DNA of 64,000 nt from Owenia fusiformis (lineage: Eukaryota): positions 17,732,001 through 17,796,000 of the forward strand of contig CAIIXF020000001.1 of assembly GCA_903813345.2 (NCBI GenBank), in the 5' to 3' direction. A model generated the notes under the pieces. The model ran no database searches. It was given only the letters and a program-made list of their open reading frames with translations, and was not told the origin of the DNA. The position numbers and the translations under genes were made by a program. Below, piece after piece: positions 13,089 to 24,200 of the stretch; within the stretch, counting starts at the first letter, position 1; every line of letters starts with the position of its first letter.

Positions 13089-14679
13089 TCACTCAGTGCT
13101 TGATTCAACAGCCTCGTTTTCGGATTCACTCTGTTCTTCCTCGGAGCTACTTTCCTGGTCTGTATCCTCTATAAAGACCTCATCAAACTTGTGTTTGTTT
13201 TTTAAAAGTGTCTTCCTAATGGCTAAGTTCACAGAGACACCCCTCCTCATCATATTATTTATTGAATCAATTATATTTCTGTGTAACGCATTGTCTTTTA
13301 CATCAACCGTTAGCTTGACGAATTGTTTATATCCTTTCATAAATTCTTCCTTATTCTTTGACAATAGTTTATTATCTGCCTTTTCTACAGCCTCTGTCTT
13401 ATCCATCCCTCTATCCATATACTCATCCACTTTACGTCGGTGGTCTTCCTCATTCTGTCTTATAGACCACTTCTTTAAGAATGCAAATGTTTCATTTGCT
13501 TTCAAATCACCATCATCGTCATCAACGTCATTGTCTTTGTCTTGAGGAATCTTCTCCTCAATATTTTGGGTAGATTGGGTCCTCATCCTCTTGGGTAGTG
13601 GTCCCTGATCTTGACACCACTTTTTTATATGCCTCTGTAAGTCGTGAATGCTATCAAATACTAAACCACAGTCATCACAGGATACCATGCTGTCTTCTCG
13701 AAATTCACGTTCCATGTAAGGGTAGTTCTTAACATCACTACTATTTATAAATGTTGTCGTCGGATAGTCAACTTCTGAAATACCCTGTCTTTCAAGTAAG
13801 TGTTTTGAATCATTCATTGGTTCCTTGAAGTTGCGGGAATCGTGATGACTTTCAAATTCAACTTCACTTTTAGTAAAGGCATTTGGTTTCAATCTGCTGT
13901 GCTCCGAAGTTTCTTGCTTCAGATCAAGAAGCAGGTAACCATAGGGTCGACTAGTTGCGTTGGTATATGCTCTGACCAACTTGTTTCCATTTCCGGGGTA
14001 CATCTGCCTCGATAAGAATGCCACCTGTTGGCGATCTCTCGGGTTATTAAACAGTATCATATAGTGAGAGTTTAAGCTCATCGATCTATTCATTTTTCCT
14101 TGATGATACATATTCTGGAGTAGGCATATCACAGACAGATTTCGATGGTGACTGCCTTTGCTATAGAGATCACATATCCGTTGATCATTTGTTGCCTCAT
14201 TCATAAGATCATCGAGAAGTATCAAAGTAGGAACTGAAGTGTCAAGGTATCTTGAATCATCAATATCCTCTGGTATTCCCTTCACAAATTCCAAATGTGG
14301 GTATTTTCTTAGCTCTTCGTAGGCAGGCTGCCATTGACCATAACACCAGATGATTCTTCTAGGAATTGGGGATATATACCGTTCAACATTTTTGATCAAG
14401 TGCTTCATAAGCCAGGTCTTCCCCGACGATGTTGGTCCGGCTGAAAATACAACAAAAAAATTTTTTTTTAATAAATTGACATGCTCTCTTTCTATATTTA
14501 GAAACCTATCAGACTTTTAATTTCAACATGTCCATGCCTATACCTGCTATCATAGTAAACGGATGTTTCAGCATAACATCAGACTGATGCATTTTTTCTC
14601 CATGAAACTTATTCATATGCCTTGATAGGTTATCACCTCTCGTAAAATTCACACTACACTCAGAACAATTGAAAGACAT
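13089..14679 (-). CDS. A32-like/FtsK-HerA DNA-packaging ATPase fused to C2H2-type zinc fingers; 2 exons, about 495 aa
   Basis: Exon 1 (14679-14544) reads MSFNCSECSVNFTRGDNLSRHMNKFHGEKMHQSDVMLKHPFTMIA. After intron 14543-14441 (GTATAG...TTTTCAG), exon 2 (14440-13089) restores KHPFTMIAAGPTSSGKT (Walker A). Also present: Walker B LILLDD, the GSHHRNLSV..LLQN motif, PYGYLLLDL, a second Zn finger CDDC..F..HDLQRHIKKWC, and an acidic tail. The ORF track shows only the 439-aa downstream part. Confidence 0.9.
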
Positions 14680-14849
14680 GTTGTCTGTTCAAGATCTATC
14701 AGTAAAATGACTCAAAACATGGACAACTTAAAATATATAAGAATATTCTAATGTGCAGTATTGTGATTGGTTCAAAATGTGTCAATTAAGATCAATTATA
14801 AACATAAACAGGCATTTATGACATTATAAACTATTGAATATTAAAGTAA

Positions 14850-15175
14850 AGGGAGGGGAGGAGGTTTGGAAGATGGAGAAGAGACAGGAGGAGGTTGGGT
14901 GGAAGTAGGAGGAGGTATGAGGTAAGGAGGAGGTAGGGAGGAGGTGGGAGGAGGTAAGGAAGAGGTTTGAGGAGGTAAGGAGGAGGTAATGATGAGGTAG
15001 GGAGGAGGTGGGAGGAGGTAAGGAGGAAGCGGGAGGAGGTAGAGAGGAGGTGGGAGAAGGTAAGGAAGAGGTGGGAAGAGGTAAGGAGGATATAGGGAGG
15101 AGGTAATGATGAGGTAGGGAGGAGGCGGGGGGAGGTAAGGAGGAGGTAAGGAGAAAGTGGGAGGAGGTAGGGAAA
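14850..15175 (+). repeat. Polypurine GGAGGAGGT(A/G)-type tandem repeat inside the mini-Maverick
   Basis: About 325 bp of roughly 10-11-nt units such as GGAGGAGGTAA and GGAGGAGGTGG, almost free of C. Confidence 0.9.
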
Positions 15176-15390
15176 AGATGGCTAACTTCCGTTTTAAAAC
15201 CTACCCAGGCCGACTAAAAGATGCCTCACTTCCGCTATGATGTCACCCTCTTGCCCAGACAGATGCAAAATGGCTGACTTCCTGCTAGAAAGCTTCAAAA
15301 TGGCCGACTTCCGGTTAAATGGCTGACTTCCGGGCTGACTTCCGGTCAAAATGGCTGACTTCCTGTCAAAATGGCTAACTTCCGGAACGT
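15175..15390. promoter_or_regulatory. Subterminal array of AAAATGGC(T/C)(G/A)ACTTCC units (YY1-like and ETS-like motifs)
   Basis: About 7-8 copies directly inside the right TIR, upstream of the ATPase gene. CCAAT (about 14766-14770, minus strand) and TATATA (about 14734-14739) lie nearer the ATG. Function is inferred only. Confidence 0.45.
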
Positions 15391-15395
15391 ATAGT

Positions 15396-15628
15396 CGTGG
15401 GGTAGGGCGTCCGTTACTCTTAGGGCCCGAGATTCCCGAAATATGTACACGCCACCACGCCGAGGGGGGAGGGGTGGGGTCCCCGTATGTGCCTCCCGAG
15501 CTCAGGGAGGCTCACAGATGTCCCTCCCCATTGGAGCCCATGTTAGGGAGGGTACTATGAAAAATCGTGTCCCTCCCCATAGGACTCAATGTTAAAGGTG
15601 CGTCAGAACTCTCGTTTCTGTAACTACT
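15396..15628 (-). repeat. Right TIR (233 bp) of the mini-Maverick
   Basis: Reverse complement of 11256-11487; ends in ACTACT followed by the TSD AACGTC. Confidence 0.97.
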
Positions 15629-18211
15629 AACGTCGAAGGTACGATTTTGCGAACAGATAGTTCAGAAGACAACAGAATCGTCGATTTAACTCCTCACTTA
15701 AGTTACATAGACGGTATTTCGAAAAACAATTAAGATCTGCACTTTTAACCCATACCTTAAGTTAGGAATTAAATCGACGATTCTGTTGTCTTCTGAGCTA
15801 TTTTTCGCAAATATGTCCCTTTTCCAAAACATATGATACTGATATACGTTTGTGAGAAAAAATGTCGTGGGGATTCTGCCTAGAACGCCTGAATTAAGGA
15901 AAAAGAAAAATCGTACCTTCGACGTTCCGACATTTTGTTACCGAAACGAACCGTTTCGGTAACCATCGTAATCGAGCGGATCACCATTCACCAGTGCATG
16001 TGTTACTTCCATTTAATGTGATATTTTCAAATATTTAAAGCCAATATATCGTCATTATTTATTGGGTATTAATATACAGATATAAATTGTTTTTTGTAAG
16101 ACTTATTACAGTACTCTATTTGATTTATAAGGATTAAATCCCTTCTATTTTAACTGAAGTAAGCAGTTTTTATCGATGATAATAATATTAATTTTTTCTC
16201 ATTGTGGAGGAATTAATCAAATATCGTTTCAATTATTCAATAGAGATATATACTATTATAATTTATTTCATTGACATAAAATACATCTACTTTACAGATA
16301 ACTACAAACAGACAAGAGCGCATATTGACACAGTGTCTAATTTGTTTTTCCTTTTCCATAATTCAAATCAACACAATATGATTATTCTCAGTCTAATCTT
16401 AATGAACATTAAAACAACTAAAACTAGTTAAATTGTGAAAGTGAAAATGTAAAGGAAATGTTGAACTTTTCAATTTTTGTTTATGTTCTTTCAATGTTAG
16501 CGACGTGACAATCCATTCCTGTTATGTTTGTACTGCAAGGGATAATCAAGCATCTTGTACTTTCAACACTCCCAAACCATAAATGTATCATTAGAAGGCT
16601 TTTAGTGTAACCAATGCAAATAGCGGCTATCAGCGACCGGGTTGATTGCAATTTAGAAGCAATGGCTGACCTAAATAACGATTTAATCTAGCTATTAAAG
16701 CAGCAACTCACCCACTATCGAGGTTGGAATTGTAAATAGCGAAGTACATCTGGCGCATGCGCATAAACGCAAACACATTTTAAGTGTGTTCAATCATGTG
16801 CATTAAAAGCCACATGATCGCTGTTAGGGTTTGTTCGTAAATTACAACTTCAAACTTACGAGTTAGTTTATGCAAATTAATAGGTTAATCCGGTAGCCGT
16901 CAGTTGCATTCGTGAACAACTCCTAAGTTGAACACTTTTAGAGGTACCAAAGGTCTTCTACTTAGACAGGTTTTACTGTATTCGCACGGTTCTGGCGGCG
17001 ATACCGCGTCATATACGATAACAATAGCAAATTAAATCCCACATATCCAGCAAAAATAATTATATTTATATGCCAGTTGTGACAAAATTAAATAAAAATA
17101 TTCCTATGTATTTGGCACATTCTACCAGTATATAATTTGGAAATGGTCAAACATAATGTACAGTATAAACAGTGCACGCATGACACATATTCTTAGCCAT
17201 TGTACATAACTTTACAATTATAATAATTTCATACATCAGTTTTGTCGGATCTTATGTCCTCGAATGTCCAAAGTAACACACTCTATTATTGGATAGTTCA
17301 TTACTGACTGCATTTCATATTTACAATATATTTACAATATACAACATTTACAGTGACTTGCTAAATATCTACAGTTAAATTACTGAACAAACTTTATATC
17401 CCTTGGCAACTAGCGTTGATCCCATGTGAAAAGGGGTTCTAGTTTAATTCAAGGAATCAGCGTTGAATGCCTGAATGCCTTCTAAACTAGCACTAAAACC
17501 CCTAGAACTGGCTCGGCAAGGTGGTAATAATGAATTATAACTAGAAGAGCGATATAGCAACTCCACTGAGTAATAAGTCCCACCAACAAAACTGTATTCT
17601 CAGATCTTTGTTCGTTTTGACCAATTCTATGCAATAATTTTTTTAGCAGTTGTAAAATGCATGCACTCTGCACCATTCCTTTTGAATAAAGACATTTTGG
17701 AAGATACAATAAACATGTATTTCTGAATTCTAAACCTTAACTACCCTAAACAATTATCATGCAGTATACAAAGTTATTGGCAAAACGTCATCGTGAGCAT
17801 TTTGAAATAAAAGGCCACTTTGAATTGAAAGATTAATAGATGCCTGAAAAAAAGTTGACTTCTCTTATCACATACATAAGTCTGAGCATGAGATTTATAA
17901 TTCTTATGTAAAAAACCATTGAATGACGATGTGTTATTTGAATGGAATGATACACAGTGCATGCACTTTAATAACACCAAGGGCTGCATTGTTCCAGTCT
18001 TAGGCAGATGACGTAAAGTAGAGCACAACTTTGCTATATGTGATCGATGTACACTGTATGTAGAAGGTGTACCGTTTGACGAATAACCAAAATGGTCTAG
18101 CATTTGTTAGTTTAAAGAATGGTCCTAATGAATCTTGCTGTAGCTGATGTAAGTTTAATGATTCAACATGAATGATCTAGCGTGTAGCTTTAATTGTAGA
18201 GGAATTTGAAA

Positions 18212-21200
18212 CTATCTGTATGCAGTGTTACTTCCGGGTCTCATCCAACTGTCATCCTGTAGGGTTGCACCTGATGGAGGTCTGAAATACAACAAACAAT
18301 ATTATAATCACACTGCCATATTTCTCACTCTCTGATTGGACATTTCCTATAATAGCTTCCGAAATGGGTAAATAACATGCAGGAATATAATTGATATCTG
18401 AGGTGAGCGGCTGATATATATATCTCGCTGAGGTGAACGGGACATATATATATCACCCGCTAATCAACAATCCCCGGGAATTTCTTTCGGTGCTTTTTTG
18501 AATTCCCGGGATATACTTTTGGCTCTATTTGATAAATACGAATTTCATACACTGTTAAATGTTAAGAGCTGTCGAGGTTTTAAAAAACATAAATTGTTGA
18601 GGACTTTAAATTGAGATAAAATATTCATGTTCTGATTGTAATTATCGTTTGTAATTATTACACTAGGGTTCCCTTACATTCAATGCATATTCAATTCTCA
18701 TCATCTACTAAGTACATGTATAGGATAAATCCGTTATATTGAATGCTCGATTTTTGATACAGGGTATTTCCCTCGGATATACCCTGTATCAAAAACCTCC
18801 CATTAAATAACCTCTATATATTGACCAGACAAATGTCTCATATTTCTCAGATACTATTTTTTCTTATTCTTATTTTATTTAGAGGGTTGATTTATGAAAA
18901 TATGACTGTTAAACATATAACCTAACCTGTTATGAGTCTGCTTTGCCATAAAACGATCAAGTATGTCATCTGGATCTCCCACAGATATTTCATCTCCTGG
19001 AAAACATAATTAACGCCTCTGGGATCAGTCAAGAGTGTTCGGATTAGCAGGTGTTCACATTCCAATTTTTTTCAATATATAGGTCAATGAGAGGTGAAAC
19101 ATTTGGACCGAAAGAAAGTGTTCACATTGAGAGATGTTCCGATAAGTCAGTTGTTAGGATATATATATATATACAGGTTTCACAATATTGTGGTCTCTGA
19201 AACAACTACAAAAACAGCAACTTTTTGGAGTAGCAAATACTACTGACCAAAATATTTTTTCAACTCATTATTCATTTCATGAAAAAAATAAATTGGGCAC
19301 TCAAAAACGTTTATCTCCTTTAAGCAAAATCTATAACCATGACATGACATGAAACCATATTAGAAATCCCTTCTGGGGTTGAAGTCCTATGCTCAATTGG
19401 CATCAGCCTATAACATTTGAACCCAATCAATGAATCAGAATTTGAGGTACTGCCTGGACAGACAAACAAATGAACAGAAGGTTGGGAGGATGGACAAATA
19501 GTTATTCAGACATACGGAAAAGACAGCTTCTCTATATCCTTCCTAGACTTTGTTCAGTGGGATGATCATACTGCATGATAACTTTAACAGCAAATAGTAA
19601 TTTGTCGGATTCACACATGGCTAGTTTTTATGTTATTAAACTATATTCATTTAAATAATCACACAAAAGCAGTAACTGCTTCAGTGCATAATGAGAAACA
19701 TTTTTATTACAATGTTGTCAAGAATTAACAGTTTCCTGGTCAATTAATTTATTTATTCACCTAGAATCACCTCATGTTTACCACTTTTAAAACTTATTGT
19801 ACCATTTAATAAATAATAAACAACACTCACTGTATTCCCCTTTCAATTAGTAAAGAAAATCATTAAATTGATCTTATATAATTAAATAAATTTTTTGACA
19901 GAACTTGTGTTAATTAAGATTTATATTTCTCGAGATAAGCCTAGAAAAATTCATGTGGTTGTAAAAAAAATGGTGAATAATTTTCTAATGAAGCAGATAA
20001 ATTGACAGCAATCAACGAAGGATTTACATGTAAACTCAATTGATTTTGTACTTTTACAGGAAAAGTTTCACACATTGACATCATCGATTTTAAAGTGGCT
20101 AATTATAATATCAACAAGTTAACTTTGTGTGGAAAAGTTAAGCAGTTAATCCAGCAGAAGTTTTCCTGAAAAAGTGCTGGCAAGAAAAACAGATAATTCT
20201 AAGTCACTGGTCTTCAAGTTCAGAAGTCCATTTAGTAAATCAGCCCTCAAAGAGCTTGAAATCATCTGTACAAAATACACTAAACCTACCTCTTTTTAAA
20301 TGTGGAACCCTTTTAAAGAAATTACAGGAACTTAAATGGTACTTTACCTGCTAGAGTTTTTAGCTTGCGTAGCCGCTCCTCATTCTTGCGAGTAATTCTG
20401 TCGGGATCGATGCTGGTGGTAGATCCCATATTAGTCCCCAGGGAAATATTGTCCAAGTTAGTGTAGGGAGAGGGTTGTCTTGGGGTGGCCTGAAAAGTAC
20501 ATTCAGAAGCTACTTCGTTTGTCTCATACACCACAATATTTGATGCAAGAAGTTTGAGCTTATAAGAGAAAATGAGGAGAAACATACTTTTAAACAGGGT
20601 GATCCCAAAATGCAAACCATCTTACTTTACAACATATATTCAACTTATATATTATCAAAGACAGAAATTGCATTTTCATGTTATTCTGAATAACAGTATG
20701 ATTCAGACAAGGCATTTAATGTCATGTTAAACATGCAAAATGTCACTTCTGCCATTTGTTACAGATGCTGATCAAACACCAACTGCCAATACCATTCACA
20801 AAAAAGTTGGCGACAATAACAATATGTCACCACTTTTAATTTGCCTTAAATTTGTTCATGCTTAATAAATTTTAAAACATACATCTGTTTCCGACATTAG
20901 CCACTACTCAACATTGTTGACAATAAAACACTATACAACAAAGTGTGCTCTTTAACAGAAAAACTACAAACTGACAAGCCAATCAGCTGCAGCATTCCAC
21001 AAAGTATACAATCTGAGCCAATCCATCAATTGCCAAATACTGCCAACCCCACTAAAAGTCCCACTGGATCTAGCAGACCCCCAGCAGCAAGTCCCAGACT
21101 TAACGCCACAAATAGACCCCCTGCAGCTCACCAAGGTAACAGCACATCTAAACCCCCCAAGTCAACCCCAACCCACGGAAAAGGCAAACGCAAAACAGTA

Positions 21201-24200
21201 CATATAATGTACTCTAGCAATGGGAAAGGTCTAGCAGGAGTCATGATGAGTAAAGATAATGCCATTTCTGCAACCTCATCAGTATATAGTGGTGGAAGAA
21301 TAGAGACAGGCACATACAGCTTAGAGAAAGGTGATATTAAGGAGTCCACTGATTTCAAGTTCATAGGACTTGGGACAAATAATATTCCAGCTGATCATCC
21401 ACAAGATATGGTATATGAACTAAAGAACTTAATGCAAACTGCGAAAAATAAGCATCCTAGATCAAAACTAATCTTGTGTGGTATTCATCACCGTGGCGAC
21501 AGTCGTGACAGCGGAACGAGAGATATTTGGAATTCAAAGATTGATTATGTAAATCATGAGATGCGATCCTTTTGTACAAAGCAAGGACATGGATTTATAG
21601 ATATCAATGAAGTCAATGGATCAACAGTTCGAAATCCTTGCATGAAAGTCTTATACAAAGACATGTTACATTTCAATCACTTGGGACGCAGCAGACTAGT
21701 TGACGCTATGATCTCTATAATGAGACAAGAATGCCCCACCACTTATGCACAGGCTGCAGCCTATCCTTCATCTGTAAACCCTCAAAGAGCTTGGTCTCAT
21801 GCCAAGTTTTAGACTGTGAGTGTGGTGTAGCATCAGCATCTGATCAAATTAGAGATTATGTCTCTAAAACTGTATATGTTGACACTCAAAGATCTGTACA
21901 TAATGTAAAAAATGCACATTATCCTGAAACACATGTTAATATTAATGTTAAAACTAGGAATCATATAACATATGTAAATAATAACTGTGATGATTATTCA
22001 TATTCTGTGTGTGTTGATCCAGCAACACATGTTAAGGAAGGTAGCCAATATGAGATTGATTCAACACTTGATTCTAGTAAATCATCAGAATTGTGTACTG
22101 GTTTCAATTTAGAAACACATTTTAACGTAGAAACAGAAACAAATGTCAATTCAGAAACACATTCTAATATTGGAGAAGTCTTATCTGCAGAGAAAAATCT
22201 TTCAGTACTCCTTTGGAATATTAATAAATTATCTGACAAATTGCATGATGGGAAAGATGTACAAACTTTTTTACAAGATTATCAAATTATTTTATTGAGT
22301 GAGACATGGCTTTCTCCAATAGAAGATATTGTTTTTGAAGGTTATGCCTGTTACAACCTTGCTCGTAATTCAAATATTAGTGCAAATAATGGTCATAACT
22401 CAGGTGGGCTTGCAGTGTTGATCAGTGATGAATATAGTACAGGTGGTATTGATATACTTCCACAATCTCATGACTTTTTCGTCTGGATAAAATTAAGTTC
22501 CACTTATTTTAATATTGAAGAAGATTTATTTATATGTTTTATCTATTTGCCATTTAAAGGCTCTGTGTATGAATCTGCGACAGGGCCAAATAATATTGAC
22601 ATACTAGAAATATCAATAGCTCATTATCAAACCTTGGGGAAGACAATAATTTGTGGTGATATGAATGCCCGAACAGCTAATCTTACTGATAGTAACATAG
22701 ATATACTTGGTAGTAATGGTGATTTACCAGTAGATATGTTTAGCATTAATGAGTCAATGCTTCCACAAGAAAATGGAAACAAAATTGATGATCTTTTCAG
22801 AACACGTAACTCTATGGATAAAAATGTAAGGGCAATTTCGCAAACACACGGGAGAGAATTTTTATCATTATGTAAATCAGCAAACATGAAAATACTCAAT
22901 GGGCGTCTCTATAGTGACAAAGAAGTTGGAAAGTACACTTGTTATCGGAACTTCACTCATAATTGTGAATCAAACTCTGACCTTGGTAAATCTGTTATTG
23001 ACTATGTAGTAATTCAACCTATTATAATTCCATTGATATCAGATTTTAAAGTACATGATAGAAGGGTAGAATCTGATCATGCCCCTTTGCATTTTTCACT
23101 TTCACTGACAAAATCAGGAAAATCACGTTTTAAAGCTAGTGTATCAGATCAAAGAAAGAATGCATTTAATATTAATTCTTTTAAGTCGTACAAATGGGAA
23201 GCGGCACAGACAAATGAATTCATCCAAAAACTTAGTGATCAAACTAGTAATGAATTGTTGACCACTTTCTATACTGAATTGGGCTGTTCTAATATTGGGA
23301 CAGATGAACTATTAAGTAAACTTTTAAATGTAATACACCATGCTTGTGAGGGAACATTTAAACTTAAAGAATTAAAATCAAACAAAAGCAGTAAATTTCC
23401 TATAAATGCTTGGTTCACTGATGAATGTAAAATGTTGAAAAGAAAAGTTCATGATGCTATCAAAAATAAACTTGATGAAACTCATATTAACCAAATTATC
23501 AAAGAATACAATCACTAAACAGCGGGAAAAAAGAAGGTTTAAAGCAGGAATGTTAGAGAGTTTGGTAGTTAATAGGTCTAAATCTTCAACCGATTTTTGG
23601 AAACTTATTAATGCAATGCCAGGAAATATAATTAGAGATATATCAGTACCCCCTGAGGATTTATTAACCTATTTTCAAAATTTGGCAAAGCCTCCAAACA
23701 TGGATTATTTTGATAATGATGCACTTCAAAAGATGAATGAATTTATTCAAGATAGCATTCAAAATAACTCTGATGACATTAATTTAAATCTTTGTTATAA
23801 TATTATAGATGGCAGAATCAGTCAAATTGAGGTGTACAATGCTTTTAAAAAAGTAAATTCTCATAAATCAGCTGGCATTGATGGTATCCCATCGAACATA
23901 ATTAAGAGTTGTGAAGTACTTATTCCAGATTTTACAGCACTTTTTAATGTTATTTTCGACAGCGGTGAATACCCACGTGACTGGAGCATTGGTATGCTAA
24001 GTGCTCTCTTTAAACAAGGAAGTCGTTTTAAAGCAGATAACTACAGGGGTATAAATGTATTAGCTTGTATTGGTAATATATTTGATTCTGTAATTCAAAA
24101 TAGACTTGTTTTTAATGCACAGGTACAAAATTCTCAAGATCCTCTGCAAGGTGCATATAAAGAAAATAGCCGAACAATTGATAACATATTTATATTACAG

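Larger units (their letters stand above)
11256..15628 (-). mobile_element. Miniature Maverick/Polinton-type element (4,373 bp) encoding only an integrase and a packaging ATPase
   Basis: Termini 5'-AGTAGT...ACTACT-3'. TIRs at 11256-11487 and 15396-15628 are identical except for one 1-nt indel. A perfect 6-bp TSD AACGTC lies at 11250-11255 and 15629-15634. Both internal genes are Maverick hallmark genes. Confidence 0.95.
11238..15938. mobile_element. Foldback MITE whose left arm was interrupted by the mini-Maverick
   Basis: 11238-11255 joined to 15635-15648 gives ACAAAATGTCGGAACGTCGAAGGTACGATTTT, the exact reverse complement of 15907-15938. Inner arms CAGAAGACAACAGAATCGTCGATTTAA (15663) pair with TTAAATCGACGATTCTGTTGTCTTCTG (15769). 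Confidence 0.8.

Noticed and set aside
12605-13545. Plus-strand ORFs 12605-12856 and 13096-13545 (likewise 6427-6843, 6850-7302, 21128-21364, 21994-22899, 24470-24793, 36229-36563)
   Set aside because: They are antisense or alternate-frame shadows of real coding regions, with no recognisable motifs.
13089-14408. The 439-aa ORF as a Walker-A-less, inactive ATPase
   Set aside because: GPTSSGKT lies in frame just upstream of the tracked Met, and splicing restores the full N-terminus.
15351-15560. 69-aa ORF at the right end of the element
   Set aside because: It lies mostly in the GC-rich TIR, the left TIR copy has a frameshifting indel, and it has no protein motif.
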